Of a DNA stretch of 64,000 nt, positions 1-12,830 are shown piece by piece. This stretch comes from Basidiobolus meristosporus CBS 931.73 (taxonomy: Eukaryota > Fungi > Basidiobolomycota): positions 62,001-126,000 of the forward strand of contig MCFE01000069.1 of assembly GCA_002104905.1 (NCBI GenBank), written 5' to 3'. Position numbers and translations under genes: made by a program. The notes under the pieces were generated by a model that made no database searches, had not been told where the DNA came from, and saw only the letters and a list, made by a program, of their open reading frames with translations. How positions within the stretch are numbered: position 1 is the stretch's first letter; each line of letters begins with the position of its first letter.

Positions 1-899
1 GATACCAGGCAAGTTTGCTATATTTTTTGGCAACATATATATGTAACTGAGCCAAATAAAGGGCAAAATAGTGTTACATATACATGTGTATGTGATGCTA
101 CAGCTTTACTTAAAATGATTACTATGGAGGGTCCATGTTGGATCTTACCTTTGATCTAAAAACTTAAAATAACACTTTATCACTCACCCTATGAAAATAA
201 TTTGTTCCTGCAGGTGGATCCAATCTGCATCAGCCATCAGGATCCCATTTGGAGACCATCATAATACCAGCAGCTTGGAATTAGCAACCCTCTTAACAAT
301 CTTATTACAGAATCATAATGGCATTTAGCTAATTTTACTGCTAAATAAAGTTATAAAACCTGACAGGGTTTGATTGGTACTGTGGCAATAATTGCATTGC
401 ATTGTTGCAGTCTTGATGTGCTCTACAACTATCTCAAATGGATCTAACTGGCCAGTATAATCAATTGCCTTATATGTCAGAAAACTTGACAATGTTTTGA
501 AAGCCTCACTGTGAGTCACTTATGGCTTTATTTTGGCAGTATGGTGGTCTACTGCTAGTTCTGTATCATGCCACTGTAGGTTTAATCAGTGCTGTAGCAA
601 TAATTACATGGCATTATTGCTGTCTTAATATACCCAACAACTTTTTAAATGCACCTAGCTGGCCAGAACATCCAGTTGCCTTATATGGCAAAAAGTTGAT
701 GGTGTTTTGATGGCATCATTGACCATTTCCAATTGCATTTTCACAACTGTATTGCAGCCTACAGCCAGTTCTGTACAATGCTACTGTACCAATTTACCAA
801 ATGTTGTTTCCTTTTTCTACCTCCCCTTGTGCAATTCATATAATCCACTACAGAGTCACTTCTCTTTATTTGCTCACCCACTACTACCTTGGGTATTCC

Positions 900-2894
900 A
901 CATATAACTCAAATCAAAAACTACAACCTCCGGCTTACTAACCTCTACAATCACACACACCTGCTGCAAATGACATACCTCCATCAGCTCAACTTTATGG
1001 CTCTTTAGTGTGATACATGCAAAGCTGCCATATGCCTTGTACTGCTGGTAACATATACATCTTGCAAACCTATGCTTGGTTGCCACCACTTCTGCCATGA
1101 ATACCTCTTGAATATCAGCAATTAACTTTTTGGTATTTAGCCAATATGTTCCTTCTCCCTGCTGGATTCTAGTCCCCCATATAGATGTGCTCTGGCTCTT
1201 GTTTGTGTGAGCTCCATATTGAAAGGTGTAGAAGTGGGCTTGTGACCAAGAGAAACCCGGCATACTTTGGTAGAGCTTTCCTAATAAAAATTAGTTGCAT
1301 GCTGCTCCCAACCCAACTTTGCATTACTTGACTGATTACCCATGCAGTGAGGTTGCTTAGCTTCTTAATGCCATAGGCATAGGTGTCTCCATGTGCACAT
1401 CTGTCCTCAGTATTTTCAAACTCTTCCTGGTTGTCCTCCATGTACCAATTTATCACTTCCATCACAGACTTGAAGATAATACTTCTGATGAGATTGGGAT
1501 ATTGTAGTACCTGCAACTTGACTTGTCTTCCTATCTCCCCACACATCTGATCCATAGGAAGCTCCCAACAGGTGATGCAAGGCCCAATATCTTCCACACA
1601 CCAAGCAAGATGGAGTAGAGAATGGATAAAGTAGTGGCAGAGATCTACATGTTCAGCTTGATGTCTGTAGTATTGCCGCTCAAATCCCATTACAAGCTTC
1701 TTGCACAACAGCTGTAGATGTGTCAAGTTGGCATTGGTGATCCGCTCTGGGATAAATATAACTGCAATGTCCATATTTGACTCCCAATGCTTCCAATGTA
1801 CTCTTGGTAGGAATGGCTTCAAAATATTACTTGAATAAATACATATCCAGCTCATCTAGTTGTTGCATCTGCATTGTTGCATATGAGTATGAACATGGAT
1901 TGGATCCCATGAGAAGTACTTAGGGTAGCAAATACTCTGTAATATCTTGCCAATTCTTTCAAGTTTCTCCAGTATCTGAAAGGGCACATTGAGCTTGAAA
2001 TGCCCCATGTACAACTTAGCCATCAGTATAGGAATATTGTTGAAAAGAAAATATATTGCTCCCACTGGAAAGCTTTTGCTCCAACAGATACCCTCTATCT
2101 TAAGTATCTCCAGTTTCTGATTGATTCAATATTCTGACCAATGGCTTATAGCTTGCCAACTTTGCTTCAATTGCATGCTGACTTCTGTATGTTCTCTCTG
2201 TGGGAAGATGATGTTCTTTGTGTTGGTGCTTGAGTAATAATAATACATGTGAGTTATGGAGTAAATCCCCCGGATCTCACACATTTGACAGCAATCCCAT
2301 TCATTGTGTCCAGAAATGCCTGCTGTCTTGCAGATGGCTGGGTAACTCCAATGCAAATAGCAATATGCACTATGACATGACAGCCAATTACTGTTATCCT
2401 GCTGGAAAGCATACAAAATTCATCCACAATGGATACAGGTAGCTATCCAGGTTGAACAGTGATTTGGGCCCAAACACCAGTGAGACTACTATCAGATTTT
2501 TGCTCTGATACCACAAGATAGGTGGCAGATATAGGTTGATAAGAATTGGTGGCAAGCAGGATTTGCTGGTAGAGTACTTGTTTGATGAGAATCCATCAAG
2601 TGCTAAAGCAAAGGCATGGTCATATATATATTCAAATTAGCCCTTGCTTCTTAACTCTTGGTAATGTTTGCCATTAAATATATTGGATATATTTGCGCTT
2701 GATTGATACTGAGTGCAGTATTTTATTGCTTTGCAATATTTGTTGGACTGCATAAGCTTCTTTAGACAGGGTATTACCAGAATATATTTGGAGTGTGAAC
2801 AATGTTTTCCCCCAATGGTGGTGGATTTCTGACAATTTGGACATGTTGCAATGGTGGCATTTTTGGATTTGAATGCCATGCAACTGTTAACACA
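900..2894 (-). pseudogene. Decayed CACTA (Tnp2/Transposase_21-like) transposase, copy 0; its N-terminal part continues at about 8424-8780
   Basis: Fragments CVNSCMAF..CPNC, FALALDGF, HWKHWES..IAVIFI and HSLLHLAWCVEDIGPCITCWELPMDQMCG resemble Tnp2-family motifs. Many stops and frameshifts. Confidence 0.75.
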
Positions 2895-3249
2895 CCCAAT
2901 GAAAAATAATTTGGGCCCACAGGAGGATCCAATCCCAATCAACTGTCAGGATCCTGTTAAGAGACCATCATAATTCCAGCAGCTTGGAATTAGTGACCCT
3001 CTTAACAATCTTATAAAGAGATCACAAAGACAATTTACTAAATTTACTACCAAATAAAGTGATAAGCTCTGAGTGAAACTCTTATGTCATTATATTGGCG
3101 GTGAGGCAGCCTACAGCTGGTTCTGTAAAATGCTACCGTACTAATTTACCAAATGGTATTTCCTTTTTCTACCTCCCCCTGTGCGTTCATATATTCCACT
3201 GCAGAATTACCCCTCTTTATTTGCTTACCCACAACTACCTTGGGTATTC

Positions 3250-5480
3250 CACATATAGTTTTAATCAAAAAAAAACTATGGCCTCCTGCTTGCTAACCTC
3301 TACAAATGTGCACACCTGCCAAAATTGACATACTTCCATCACCTCAACATGAATACCTCCTGAATATTTGCAAAGGATTTCTTGGTATATAGCTAATATA
3401 TTCCTTCTCCCTGCTGGATTCTAGTCCCCTTTATAAGTGCACTCTGGCTCTTGTTTGTGTGAATTCCATGTTGAATATTGTAGAAATTGGCTTGTGACCA
3501 AGAGAAATCTGGCATACCTTGGTAGAGTTTTCCTAATAAAAATTAGTTGCTTGTTGCACCCAACCCATCTTCACATTACTTGACTGATTACCCATGCAGT
3601 GGGGTTGCTTAGCTTCTTAATGCCATAGGTATAGGTGCCTCCATGTGCACATTTGTCCTCAGTATTATCAACTCTTCCTGGCTGTCCTCTATGCACCAAC
3701 TGATCACATCCATGACAGACTTGAAGGTAATATTCTTGATGAGATTGTGATATGGTAGTACCTGCAACTTGACTTGTCTTCCTATCTCCCCAAACATCTG
3801 CTTCATAGGAAACTTCCAAAAGGGGAAGCAAGGCCCAATATTCTCCACACACCATGCAAGATGGAGAAGAGAATGGATACAGTAGTAGCAGAGATCTACA
3901 CATTCAGCTTTATATTTGTAGTTTAGCCACTCAAATCCCGTCACAAGCTCCTTGCACAACAGCTGTAGATGTGTCAAACTGGCATTGGTGATCTGCTTCT
4001 GGATAAATATTACTACAATGTCCACATATGACTCCCAATGCTTCCAATGTACTCTTGGTAGGAATAGCTTCAGAATGTCACTTGAATAAATACATATCCA
4101 GTTCATCCAGTCTTTGCATTTGTATTGTTGCATATGCATATGAATATTGATCGGAGCTTGTTAGAAGTACTTAGAGTAGCAGATACTCTGTGCTATCTTG
4201 CCAATTTTTTCAAATTTCTCCAGTATGTCAAAGGGCTCATTTAGCTCAAATGCCCATGTACCACTTGGTCATCAGTATAGGGATATTGTTGAAAAGCAAA
4301 TGCATTGCTCCCAGTGGAAAGCTTTTGCTTCAACAGATACCCTCTATCCTAAGTATTTCCAATTTCCAATTGATTCCATATTCTGGCTAATGGCTTATAG
4401 CTTGCTAATTTGCTGCAATTGCATGCTGACTTCCACACATTCTCTCTGTGGGAGGATAACATTCTTAGTGCTGGTGTTTATGTATACATAATGTGTGTGA
4501 GTTATGGAGTATATCCCCAGGATCTCTCACATATGACAGCAATACTGTCCATTGTGCCCAGAAAAATCTGCAATCTTGCTAATGGCTTGGGTATCTCCAA
4601 TGCAGACAATAATATGCACTTTTACATGAAGGCCATTTACCAATCTCCTACTGGAAAGCATAAAAAATTCATCCAGCAATGAATACAGGTAGCTATCCTG
4701 GTTGGATGGTGCTTTAGGCCCAGATACCAGTGAGACTACCATCAGATTATTGCTCTGATACTGAAAGATAGGTGGTAGATTCAGCTTGATAAGGATCAGT
4801 GGCCAGCAGGATTTGCTGGTAGAGTACTTATTTAATGTGAATCCATCAAATGCAAAGGCAAAGGAATGGTCATACCTACCTTCAGAGTAGCCCTTGCTTC
4901 TTAGCTGTTTGTAATGTTTGACATTGGATATATTGGATATGTTTGCGCCTGACTAATACTGAGTGAGGTACTGTGTAGCTTTGCAGTATTTTGTAGACTG
5001 CATCAGCTTCCTCAGATGGGGTATAACTGGAATATATCTGGAGTGTGAACAATGCTTTCCCTCAACAGTGGTAGGTTCCTGACAATTTGGACATGTTGCA
5101 ATGGTAGCATTTTTGGATGTGAATGCCATGCAACTGTAAACACATGCTGGAATCTGGACAGTCTCTGAGTCATATACTGCCAGCCACATGATGGTTGTCC
5201 ACTTGTACCATGTACATGGTAAGTTTCATCCCAGAATGATTTTGGTAAGAAGTAGTAATAAATCCGCAAAGCCCCCATTACTGATATTGGTGAAACATGC
5301 CACTTCTCTAGCTAAAACATTACATCATTTACCAGTAGATGAATTACTAGGCTCACTTGGCTCCATAAAATATTCCTGGCTTTTGCTTCAATAGGCGTTG
5401 TCTCATTGCATATTGGGATTTGACCGGGCTCATGCATGGTACTGTTGTCAGGGGAGATAGGCTCAAAATCCATCAGTAAC
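3250..5480 (-). pseudogene. Decayed CACTA Tnp2-like transposase, copy 1
   Basis: Minus-strand translation gives FAFDGFTLNKYSTSKSCWPLILIKLNLPP..NLMVVSLVSGPKAPSNQDSYLYSLLDEF, the DGF..WP..NLPP..GPK.P..D.YL signature of CACTA transposases. CxxSC/CPxC motif lies upstream. Ends approximate. Confidence 0.85.
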
Positions 5481-6029
5481 ATTCTTTGTCAGTGCTAGCA
5501 CTCTGCAAGCCATATTCAGAAGGCTGAGGTGAGCCTAAAGGTATCACAAACTCTCATAACTCAGTTTGTGCAAGGTGACAAAGATAGCTAGGTATCAATA
5601 TAGAGCCATCAACTGGCCAGCAAGATAATGTTGGTACAGTAGTGACCAATGAATGGTCAAATATGACTTGTGTGGCAAAACACTGGCCATGATCCTTGTA
5701 ATACCTCCTATGCTGTCTGCATGCTTCATGGCTGAGAGGCTTGCCACAATAGCCATATGGTCTTTTTTCTCTTCTCTTACGGTGTTGAGTCAAAGTAGTC
5801 TTGTCCATGGGCAAACAGTTTGTCCCTCAACAGCATAATGCTATTATATCACTTTTTGGTCAATACTCATGTGAATTTAATACAGTCTTGTATTTTAGAC
5901 ATTGCACCTACATGAGTGTAAGATTCAATGATGACCTGCCATAGTAAGCATTATAGATAAAGTTGTTGCACAACATACATATATATGTAGCACTGTGTCC
6001 CCTTTGGTTTGACTCATTTCTATATATAT

Positions 6030-7340
6030 ATGCTGCCAAACAATAAAGCAAACTTGTCTGGTTCTCAACCAAGCCCCACTGCTGATGGCAGCCAAAGAAC
6101 AGTTAGACAACAGCTTGCTTTGACATTTGGTGCAACAAGCAGGACTACATCCAAAAAGGCCATGTTGACAGTGTGCCCACTGAAGGTAATAATGTGGACT
6201 CCTCAGGCTCTCAGTCAAGTAGGCAATTGAGAACCTCTGTGGAGCCACAAGCTGACTGTTATGCTCTGGCAGATGAGAATGTAGCAAATGCAGTGCTCTC
6301 AGTTGAAAGCCACCAAGTAGCCACTATAAAATCACTATTACCCATATTAGCAAGTATGCTGTCAGCTCATACCAAAGCATTAATGAAGCAATTAGGTGCA
6401 GTGGCTGATAGGATGGATGCAATGGCCCGGAGAAATTGGGAAATAGTCCAGAAACAGGATGAGCAGATGATATGTTCAGAGCAATCGATGTCCCAGGTAG
6501 AGAAAGCAGTATATTTGCTACAAAGAAGGAACTCAAGTAGCTCAATGTCACAGCCAAGAATGGAGCCATTTCCCAATGAAAGAGCAGAGGAACACTGTAC
6601 AGTCCTTGAAGCACAACAACAGTGCCCAAAGATAAAGCACATAGAAAAACCCATCACAGCATGGCAAAGAGACAATCCGGTGTTTTTACCAAAGCCTAAA
6701 AATCCAAAGATATTGAAGATCCATGAAGCCATTGAGTGCAATAGTGAAGAGTGGGCAAATATCCAAGAGGCTGTCAGAGGTCTTGCACACCATGACCTTA
6801 AGGCCAGCATACCATGGGACCATCAGGAATTCAAGGCCAAGCAGAATGAACTTGACTTGTTCCATGAGCACTATTCTGCATTCATACAGGCAAACAGATT
6901 TTGGGCCAGCATTAGTATGCTAAGAGAGTATCTTCAGAATAGCATAAACTATCGAAGGCAAGAACAAGGGTGCCCTGGCTAAAAACCAGCAGCTTCCTCA
7001 AGAGCCTGTTGCAAGCAGGGCCAAAAGCTCCAGACAAGTGTCAAAGAGACATCAGATAGCTGGAAGAGTGCCAATTAGGGACAAGCAGGCAGACACAGAT
7101 GCACCAGCACAACATTTATTAAGTAAAGGTGTAGTACCACCCAAGAAGCACTCAGTCAAAGTGGGAGTGAAGGACCTGGCAGTGAAAAAACCAGCAACTT
7201 TTACAGGAGCCTGTCACAACTATGGTGGAGAGCTTCAAACAAGCAGAAAAGAAATGTCAGGTTGCCAGAAGAGTGCCAGCAAGGAACAAGCAGGTCAAAA
7301 TAGATGCATCAGAGCAAGATTTGTCAAGGAGAAAGCATAG
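6030..7340 (+). pseudogene. CACTA accessory gene of unknown function, copy 1 (frameshifted; longest ORF 6173-6982)
   Basis: Homologous to 9311-10114 and 49747-51190. Coiled-coil-like segment, then a conserved block (EWANIQEAVRGLAHHDLKASIPWDHQ..FWASISMLREYLQNS), then a K-rich tail. Lies inside the TIR-bounded unit, divergent from the transposase. Confidence 0.65.
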
Positions 7341-8357
7341 TTTGATACAAGAAGCACTCAGATAAAGTAGCAGTGAAAGACCTGGCAGTGATAAAGGAAA
7401 AGGTAAAGGGAAAAATATCTACACAAGCCTGAGACAGGGAAGCATGCAAAAAAACTGCAGTTCTTGCCAATAAAGCCGCAAGCCCAGAACAGACCAAACC
7501 CTTCATAGCCAAGAAGAATAACCAACAAGAAAACAGCTGTTTTCACAAGAGCTGGAAGCATAACCAGTTGAGCCACACTCCAGCAAGGTAGAAGAGTTTG
7601 CAGAAAAATGCAATTTGTCTACCACCAACTCCACAGCCTCCACATCCTACATTGTGGACAGAGTGGAGATCTCACTGACAGACATGGCTACAATGTCCAA
7701 TACTCAAAAGACTATCATGATGCCTTCAGTGGAATTTTGGAGCATTAATAGGCACACCAAGCAGCACCTGTTCAAAAGCAGTGCTTAAGTGCACTTGAAT
7801 ATTTCAAGGACTTATAGCAAAGACTGGAAGATTAGGTGCTAGATCTTGTAGTCCCAGCTGACAACCAGGATGTGTGGGAACCAGTGAATGAACAGTGGCA
7901 TAAAGCTGTTGGGTTCCTGCCAAAGTTGTGGAACCAGAGCATTACAGTAGAAATACTTATTGAGTGGTGGATTTTAATGGAGTTATTTGTTGAGTGTGGG
8001 GTTGAGCTTAATGTTAGTGTAGGGTATATTAACTAATATAGGCCAATCAATTGGTAATTGAGGTATAACTGAAGTTTCATTGGAAATAAATAAATTTGTA
8101 CGCTTGAAAAATAAGAGAAATGGTTGAGTCAGGAAGTAAGAAGTGTGAGAAAGAGGCAATAGCCAATCATATGCACAGAAATGTAGGAGGTAATAAAGTG
8201 TCCAGGATCAGAAAGTGAGCAAATTGGCAGGGAGCCAATCAATAGCCACTTGTATATTATTGTGATGAAAAATTTTGACTAAGTTTTTTGTGAAATCTGG
8301 GGTGCAATTATTCTTCAAAGTCTCTGGACAGTGTCCTGACAGGATCTGTACCTCTTA

Positions 8358-8381
8358 GTCACAGGACTTTAACTTTGTGAC
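8358..8381. repeat. Subterminal imperfect palindrome of the CACTA right end (also 16452-16475 and 58055-58078)
   Basis: GTCACA-N12-TGTGAC, ending 38-39 nt before the terminus in all three copies. Confidence 0.7.
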
Positions 8382-9310
8382 GGCCTTTTGATGGGATTAT
8401 TTCAATAATTTTTCATAGAGACATGTTGGAATCATGACAGTTTCTGGGTCATATAATGCCAGCCACATGACAGTTCTCCACTTGTACCATACATATGGTT
8501 AGTTACATCCTAGAATGATTTTGGCAAGAAGTAGTAGTAAATCCTCTAAGCTCCCATTACTGATATCACTGGAAATGCACCACTTCTCTAGCCACAACAT
8601 TACATCATTCAATAGTAGATGAATTACTGGGCTCACTTGGCTCCATCAATATCATTGGCATTTGTTTCAAGGAGCACTGTCTCTTTGCATTTAGGGATTT
8701 AACTAGGTTCATGTATAGTACTGTTGTTAGGGGTGATAGGCTCACAATCCATAGTTGAGCCTTCTTTATCACTGCTATCACTCTGCATGCAATATTTAGA
8801 AGGCTGAGGTGAGCCTAAAGGCATCACAAGCTCAAATGACTCAGTTTGCACAAGGTTACAAAGGTGGCCTGGTGTCAATATAGAAGTATCAACTGGCCAG
8901 CAAAATAATCATGATACAGTAGTGAATGATGAATGGCCAAATATGACTTGTGTGGCAAAACACTGGCTGTGATCCTTGTAATACTTCATACGCTGATTGC
9001 ATGCTTCATGGCTGAGTGGCTTGCTACAATAGCCACATGGTCTTTTTTCTCTTCTCTTACAGCATTGAATCAAAGTAGTCTTGTCCATGGGATAAACAGT
9101 TTGACTTTCAGCAATATAACACTATTACATCACTAATTGGTCAATACCCATGTGAGTTCAAGACAGCCTTGTATTTGAAACATTAGACCTACAGGAATGT
9201 AAGATTCAATGATGACCTGCCAAAGTAGGCATTGTGAATAAAGTTAAGGCATCACATACACAAGTATATGTAATAATGTTTTCCCTTTGGTTTCACTCAC
9301 TTCCATATAT

Positions 9311-10114
9311 ATGTCTCCAAAAAATAAAGCAAAGCTGTCATGTTCTCAACCAAGCTCCACCGCCAACAGCAGCAGGAGAACAGTTGGACAACAGCTTGCT
9401 TTAACATTCAGTGTAACAAGCTGCGCTACATCCAAAAAAGGCCATGTAGACAGTGTGCCCACTGAAGGTAGTAATGCAGACTCCTCAGGCTCTCAGTCAA
9501 GTAGGCAATTGAGAACCTTTGTGGAGGTGCAAGCTGACTGTTATGCTCAGGCAGATGAGAATGTAGCAAATGCAGTACACTCAGTCAAAGAACAGCAAGT
9601 AGCAATTATAACATCACCACCACCCATGTTAGCTAGTATGTTGTCAGCTCATACTAAAGCATTAATGAAGCAATTAGGTGCAGGGACTGATAGGATAGAT
9701 GCTTTGGCTCAGAGAAATCAGGAAATAGCTCAGAAACAGGATGAGCAGATAACATGTTTAGAGCAATCAATATCTAAGGTAGAGAAAGCAGTATCTTTGC
9801 TACAAAGTAGGAACTCAAGTAGCCCAATGTTATAACCAAGAGTTGAGCCATTTCCCATGTAACAGCAGAGGAACACCATACAGTCTTCAAAGTACAACAA
9901 CAGTGCCCAAAGAAAATCCCACAGAAGGACCTATCACAGTGTGGAAGGTAGATAATGTGGTGATTGTACCAAAGTCTAAAAGTCAAATGAAATTGAAGAT
10001 CTGTGAAGCCTTTGAGTGCAATAATGAAAAGTGGGCAAATATTCTAGAGGCCATCAGAAGTCTAGCAAGCCATCACCTTAAGGCCAACATACCATGGGAC
10101 CATCAGGAACTCAA
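9311..10114 (+). pseudogene. CACTA accessory gene, copy 0 (stops and frameshifts; truncated by the repeat starting at 10115)
   Basis: MSPKNKAKLS..; ORFs 9287-9835 and 9843-10166 align with the copy-1 accessory protein. Confidence 0.65.
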
Positions 10115-10630
10115 TGTTGTTAGAGTCTTGGAGATATTGGAAATAATTGGGAGAACAAGTAGATAATGAGGATTTCACTTGATGATTTATTGAATGTATA
10201 AGTGGTGTTTATACTTTTACATGATCTTGGCATAACAAAAATGTAAAGTAGACCTAAAAAGGTCCCAAGAGCATGTGTTCAAAGTTTGGGCTGTATGAGC
10301 AACTTTGAGAACTATCATGTCCTGCATACCTGGAATTTTGATGAAAATATTCCAAGCAAGTCCCAACAAAAAATTTGATCAGTATTCCCTAGGACTTGAA
10401 GGTACATTTAAGGGCCTTGCATCAGTCATAGATTTCAGAACTGAATACTTAGCCTTATGTTACATATATGGAAGGCTCCTGGATGAAAATCAAGAAAATC
10501 AAGAGCTAATAAGAAGGAAGAAGCAAATGCTCCAATAAGCAATGATTGCCAAGAAAGCACATACTCAGAAACATTCAATAAGAGAAGCAACCAGCTTATA
10601 ACTACTGAAAAAGGAAAAGACATCCATCAG
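10115..10630 (+). repeat. LTR-like dispersed repeat beginning TGTTGT (probable Copia LTR); homologues at about 28700-28850, 29370-29520 and 60398-60700
   Basis: Begins with TG exactly where the host CACTA ORF breaks. The 60398 copy likewise starts TGTTGT where it cuts a Ty3 relic. A Copia integrase fragment follows. 3' end uncertain. Confidence 0.5.
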
Positions 10631-10656
10631 ACTGGTGCCTCAATGAGTTTTGAGTC

Positions 10657-11490
10657 ATGCAGGAGAGAGATACTGGTGGAAAAATTAAGAAAATACACTC
10701 TGCCAAAGGTGGCAAATATACCTCAGAGTTCTTAACCCACTTCTGTAAGATTCACATGGTAAGGCAAAAGAAAACTATGCCATACTCCTCACAGCAAAAT
10801 CTGGTGGCACAATGGACAAACATATCAGTAATTGATATGGCAAGATCTATGATCCACCATCAAAAAACTCAGCTATAGCAAGTCAAGGAAGCTGATCAAG
10901 TCTAGGAATGTGCTGTTTCATCAAAACCCATATTTTTTACAAAACAACATCAGAACAGAACCATAATCAGACTTCAATTCTACCAATAGTCAGGATTGAA
11001 TCAGAGCAAAACAAATATAGTTTTTTTTACTTTAAAGGACTCTAAAGCTGTTGTTAAAACTGATTTAGGGCCCAGGTATATCCTAGAAGTAATTATTCCA
11101 TTATTACAAGCCAGGATATCCACCCTGACCAGAAATAGCCCAGACTACTATAGCAAATAGGGTGCAAATGTTGCCTATATCAATGCAGTCCATATTGATG
11201 AGCCCCACAATGGAAGTGAGGCCCTAAATAGCCCTCATATAACACTTTGGAGATCTGCAATAGTTTAAGAGTATCAGGCACCAATGGAAAATAAAACTTG
11301 GAACTTATTCCAATTCCCAATTGACTAAAATTCAGCAGGATGCCAATTGGTCTTCAAGACCAAATGCAAGGCTGATGGTACCATTGAAAGACACAAAGTA
11401 AGACTTGTGGCCTTAGGATACTCTCAAACAAGAGGACTAAGCTATACTATACCTTTGCACCAGTAGCCAAGTTTAACACTTACCATAACA
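10657..11490 (+). pseudogene. pol: Ty1/Copia pol relic (integrase core and RT N-terminus)
   Basis: GGKIKKIHSAKGGKYTSEF..PYSSQQN..DMARSM resembles the Copia IN RSDNGGEY/PQQNG motifs. VFKTKCKADGTIERHKVRLVALGYSQ..FAPVAKFNT is Copia RT. Confidence 0.8.
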
Positions 11491-11819
11491 GCAAGGTGTT
11501 CACACCCCTATTTTATGACACATTGTCTATTATCTAAGCCCCCCAGGTGATATATATATCTATCCAATTGAACCAAGTGAGAGGACAGGAAGATTTGGTC
11601 AGAATAAACACAAGTCTTTATTCCCTTGCTACCTTATATTAGGAGCTATTCTGAACCAAGTGGTACTGACTTGACCTACAAGCTCTCCCACTCACAAAGT
11701 ACAGTCAGTGATAACCCACACTTGCCAATCAATGCCTTTAGCCTGTAACAGGCTGAATATTGTTGAAGCTAAAAACAATTACCTACAAGACAAAAGCTGA
11801 TTTCCTCAGAGTTGCAAGC

Positions 11820-12140
11820 ACAGCCAGTTGATCTATACTCCATTGAGGTAGAAAAGCTTGCAGTGAAAGGCAACTTGGCTATCACTGCCTCCACATCCTC
11901 CATTGTAGATAGAGTGGAGATCCCATTGGCACACAAAGAAACAATTACAAGAGCTCAAAAGACTATTGCAATGCTTACAGTGGAGTTTTGGGGTAATAAC
12001 AGGCACAGCAAAAGGTTGCAGTACTTCTTCAAAAGCAGGGATCAAGAGAATGCCCTTGATATTGCATCAATTTATGATAAGGACTGGTAGATGAGGTGCT
12101 AGACCCTGCAGTGCTAGCTGAAGACCATCAACTATGGGTA
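11820..12140 (+). mobile_element. Fragment of the CACTA element internal 3' region
   Basis: Aligns with about 7560-7880 and 51410-51700. Confidence 0.55.
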
Positions 12141-12689
12141 CCATTGAATGAATAAACAAACCTGACCCAAGCTTGTTGTTATGTGACTGCTTGTGGACTC
12201 TTTATGATCTGAATACCAAAATATCCCGAAATTGCAGAACCAGTTTACCAACTACAAGCAAAGAACATCTCATTTATCTGTAGAGAAGAAGATGATGCAA
12301 TGTAGCTACCAAAAGGGGCTCTAGTATTCCCACCAGCTCTATGACCTCTTGATTATCAGAACACTGAATGCCCACCTATACTTGCAGCTGATGCCAGCTC
12401 TACAGAAGCTGAGTACTACTTGGCCAGAATGACCAAGATGGCAGCTGCTATTCATGCAGACATAAGAGCTGCCTATTCTCTCCCAGAGAACAAAGGTACT
12501 CTCCAGTAAAGAGACAACTGCTTGTAGTTGAGGAGACACTGTGGAAGCTGAAGTAACCTCTTAGCAACTAGCATACAGCAACTTCATCACCATTATTCAG
12601 ATATTAAGGGAGCTGCTGAATAACCTAAGGAAATGCAACTGAAGTACAAAGCACCCCTTGACAAGGCATACTCAACAAGATCAATATAA

Positions 12690-12830
12690 CTGTCACTAGG
12701 AGACCTGGTGGTATTCCAAGATTCCACCCTGAACAACCAAAGGAATCAAAAGTGTGATAATAGGTGGACTAGCCCCTACCTCATATCCAAAGTGATTGAG
12801 CATGGAAGTTACTAGAGTTGTTCTGTTGAA
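12690..12830 (+). pseudogene. Ty3/Gypsy integrase C-terminal relic of another family
   Basis: LGDLVVFQDSTLNNQRNQKCDNRWTSPYLISKVIEHGSY resembles the GD.V...KL..RW.GPY.I C-terminal IN motif. Confidence 0.5.

Larger units (their letters stand above)
2895..8420. mobile_element. CACTA/EnSpm-like DNA transposon, copy 1 (about 5.5 kb, both ends present)
   Basis: Imperfect TIRs CCCAATGAAAAATAATT (2895) and AATAATTTTTCATAGAG (ending 8420). 3-bp TSD ACA at 2892-2894 and 8421-8423. The flanks rejoin to the transposase sequence seen uninterrupted at about 5135-5150. Confidence 0.85.
187..10114. mobile_element. CACTA/EnSpm-like DNA transposon, copy 0 (old; interrupted by copy 1 at 2895-8420 and cut by an LTR-like repeat at 10115)
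   Basis: Left terminus CCCTATGAAAATAATT at 187 matches the copy-1 termini. 190-360 is homologous to 2900-3060. Transposase sequence at 2880-2894 continues at 8421 after the nested copy. Right end not located. Confidence 0.7.

Noticed and set aside
5330-5378. Possible GT-AG intron near the CACTA transposase N-terminus
   Set aside because: The region reads in one frame if TGA codons are reverted to CGA (CpG decay), and the first candidate acceptor is not conserved in copy 0.
10631-10645. TGGTGCC as a tRNA PBS for the Copia relic
   Set aside because: The LTR 3' boundary is undefined and the match is too short to support.
11496-11800. Possible solo LTR (TG start, TATA-like and AATAAA motifs)
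   Set aside because: No second copy, no clear CA end and no TSD found.
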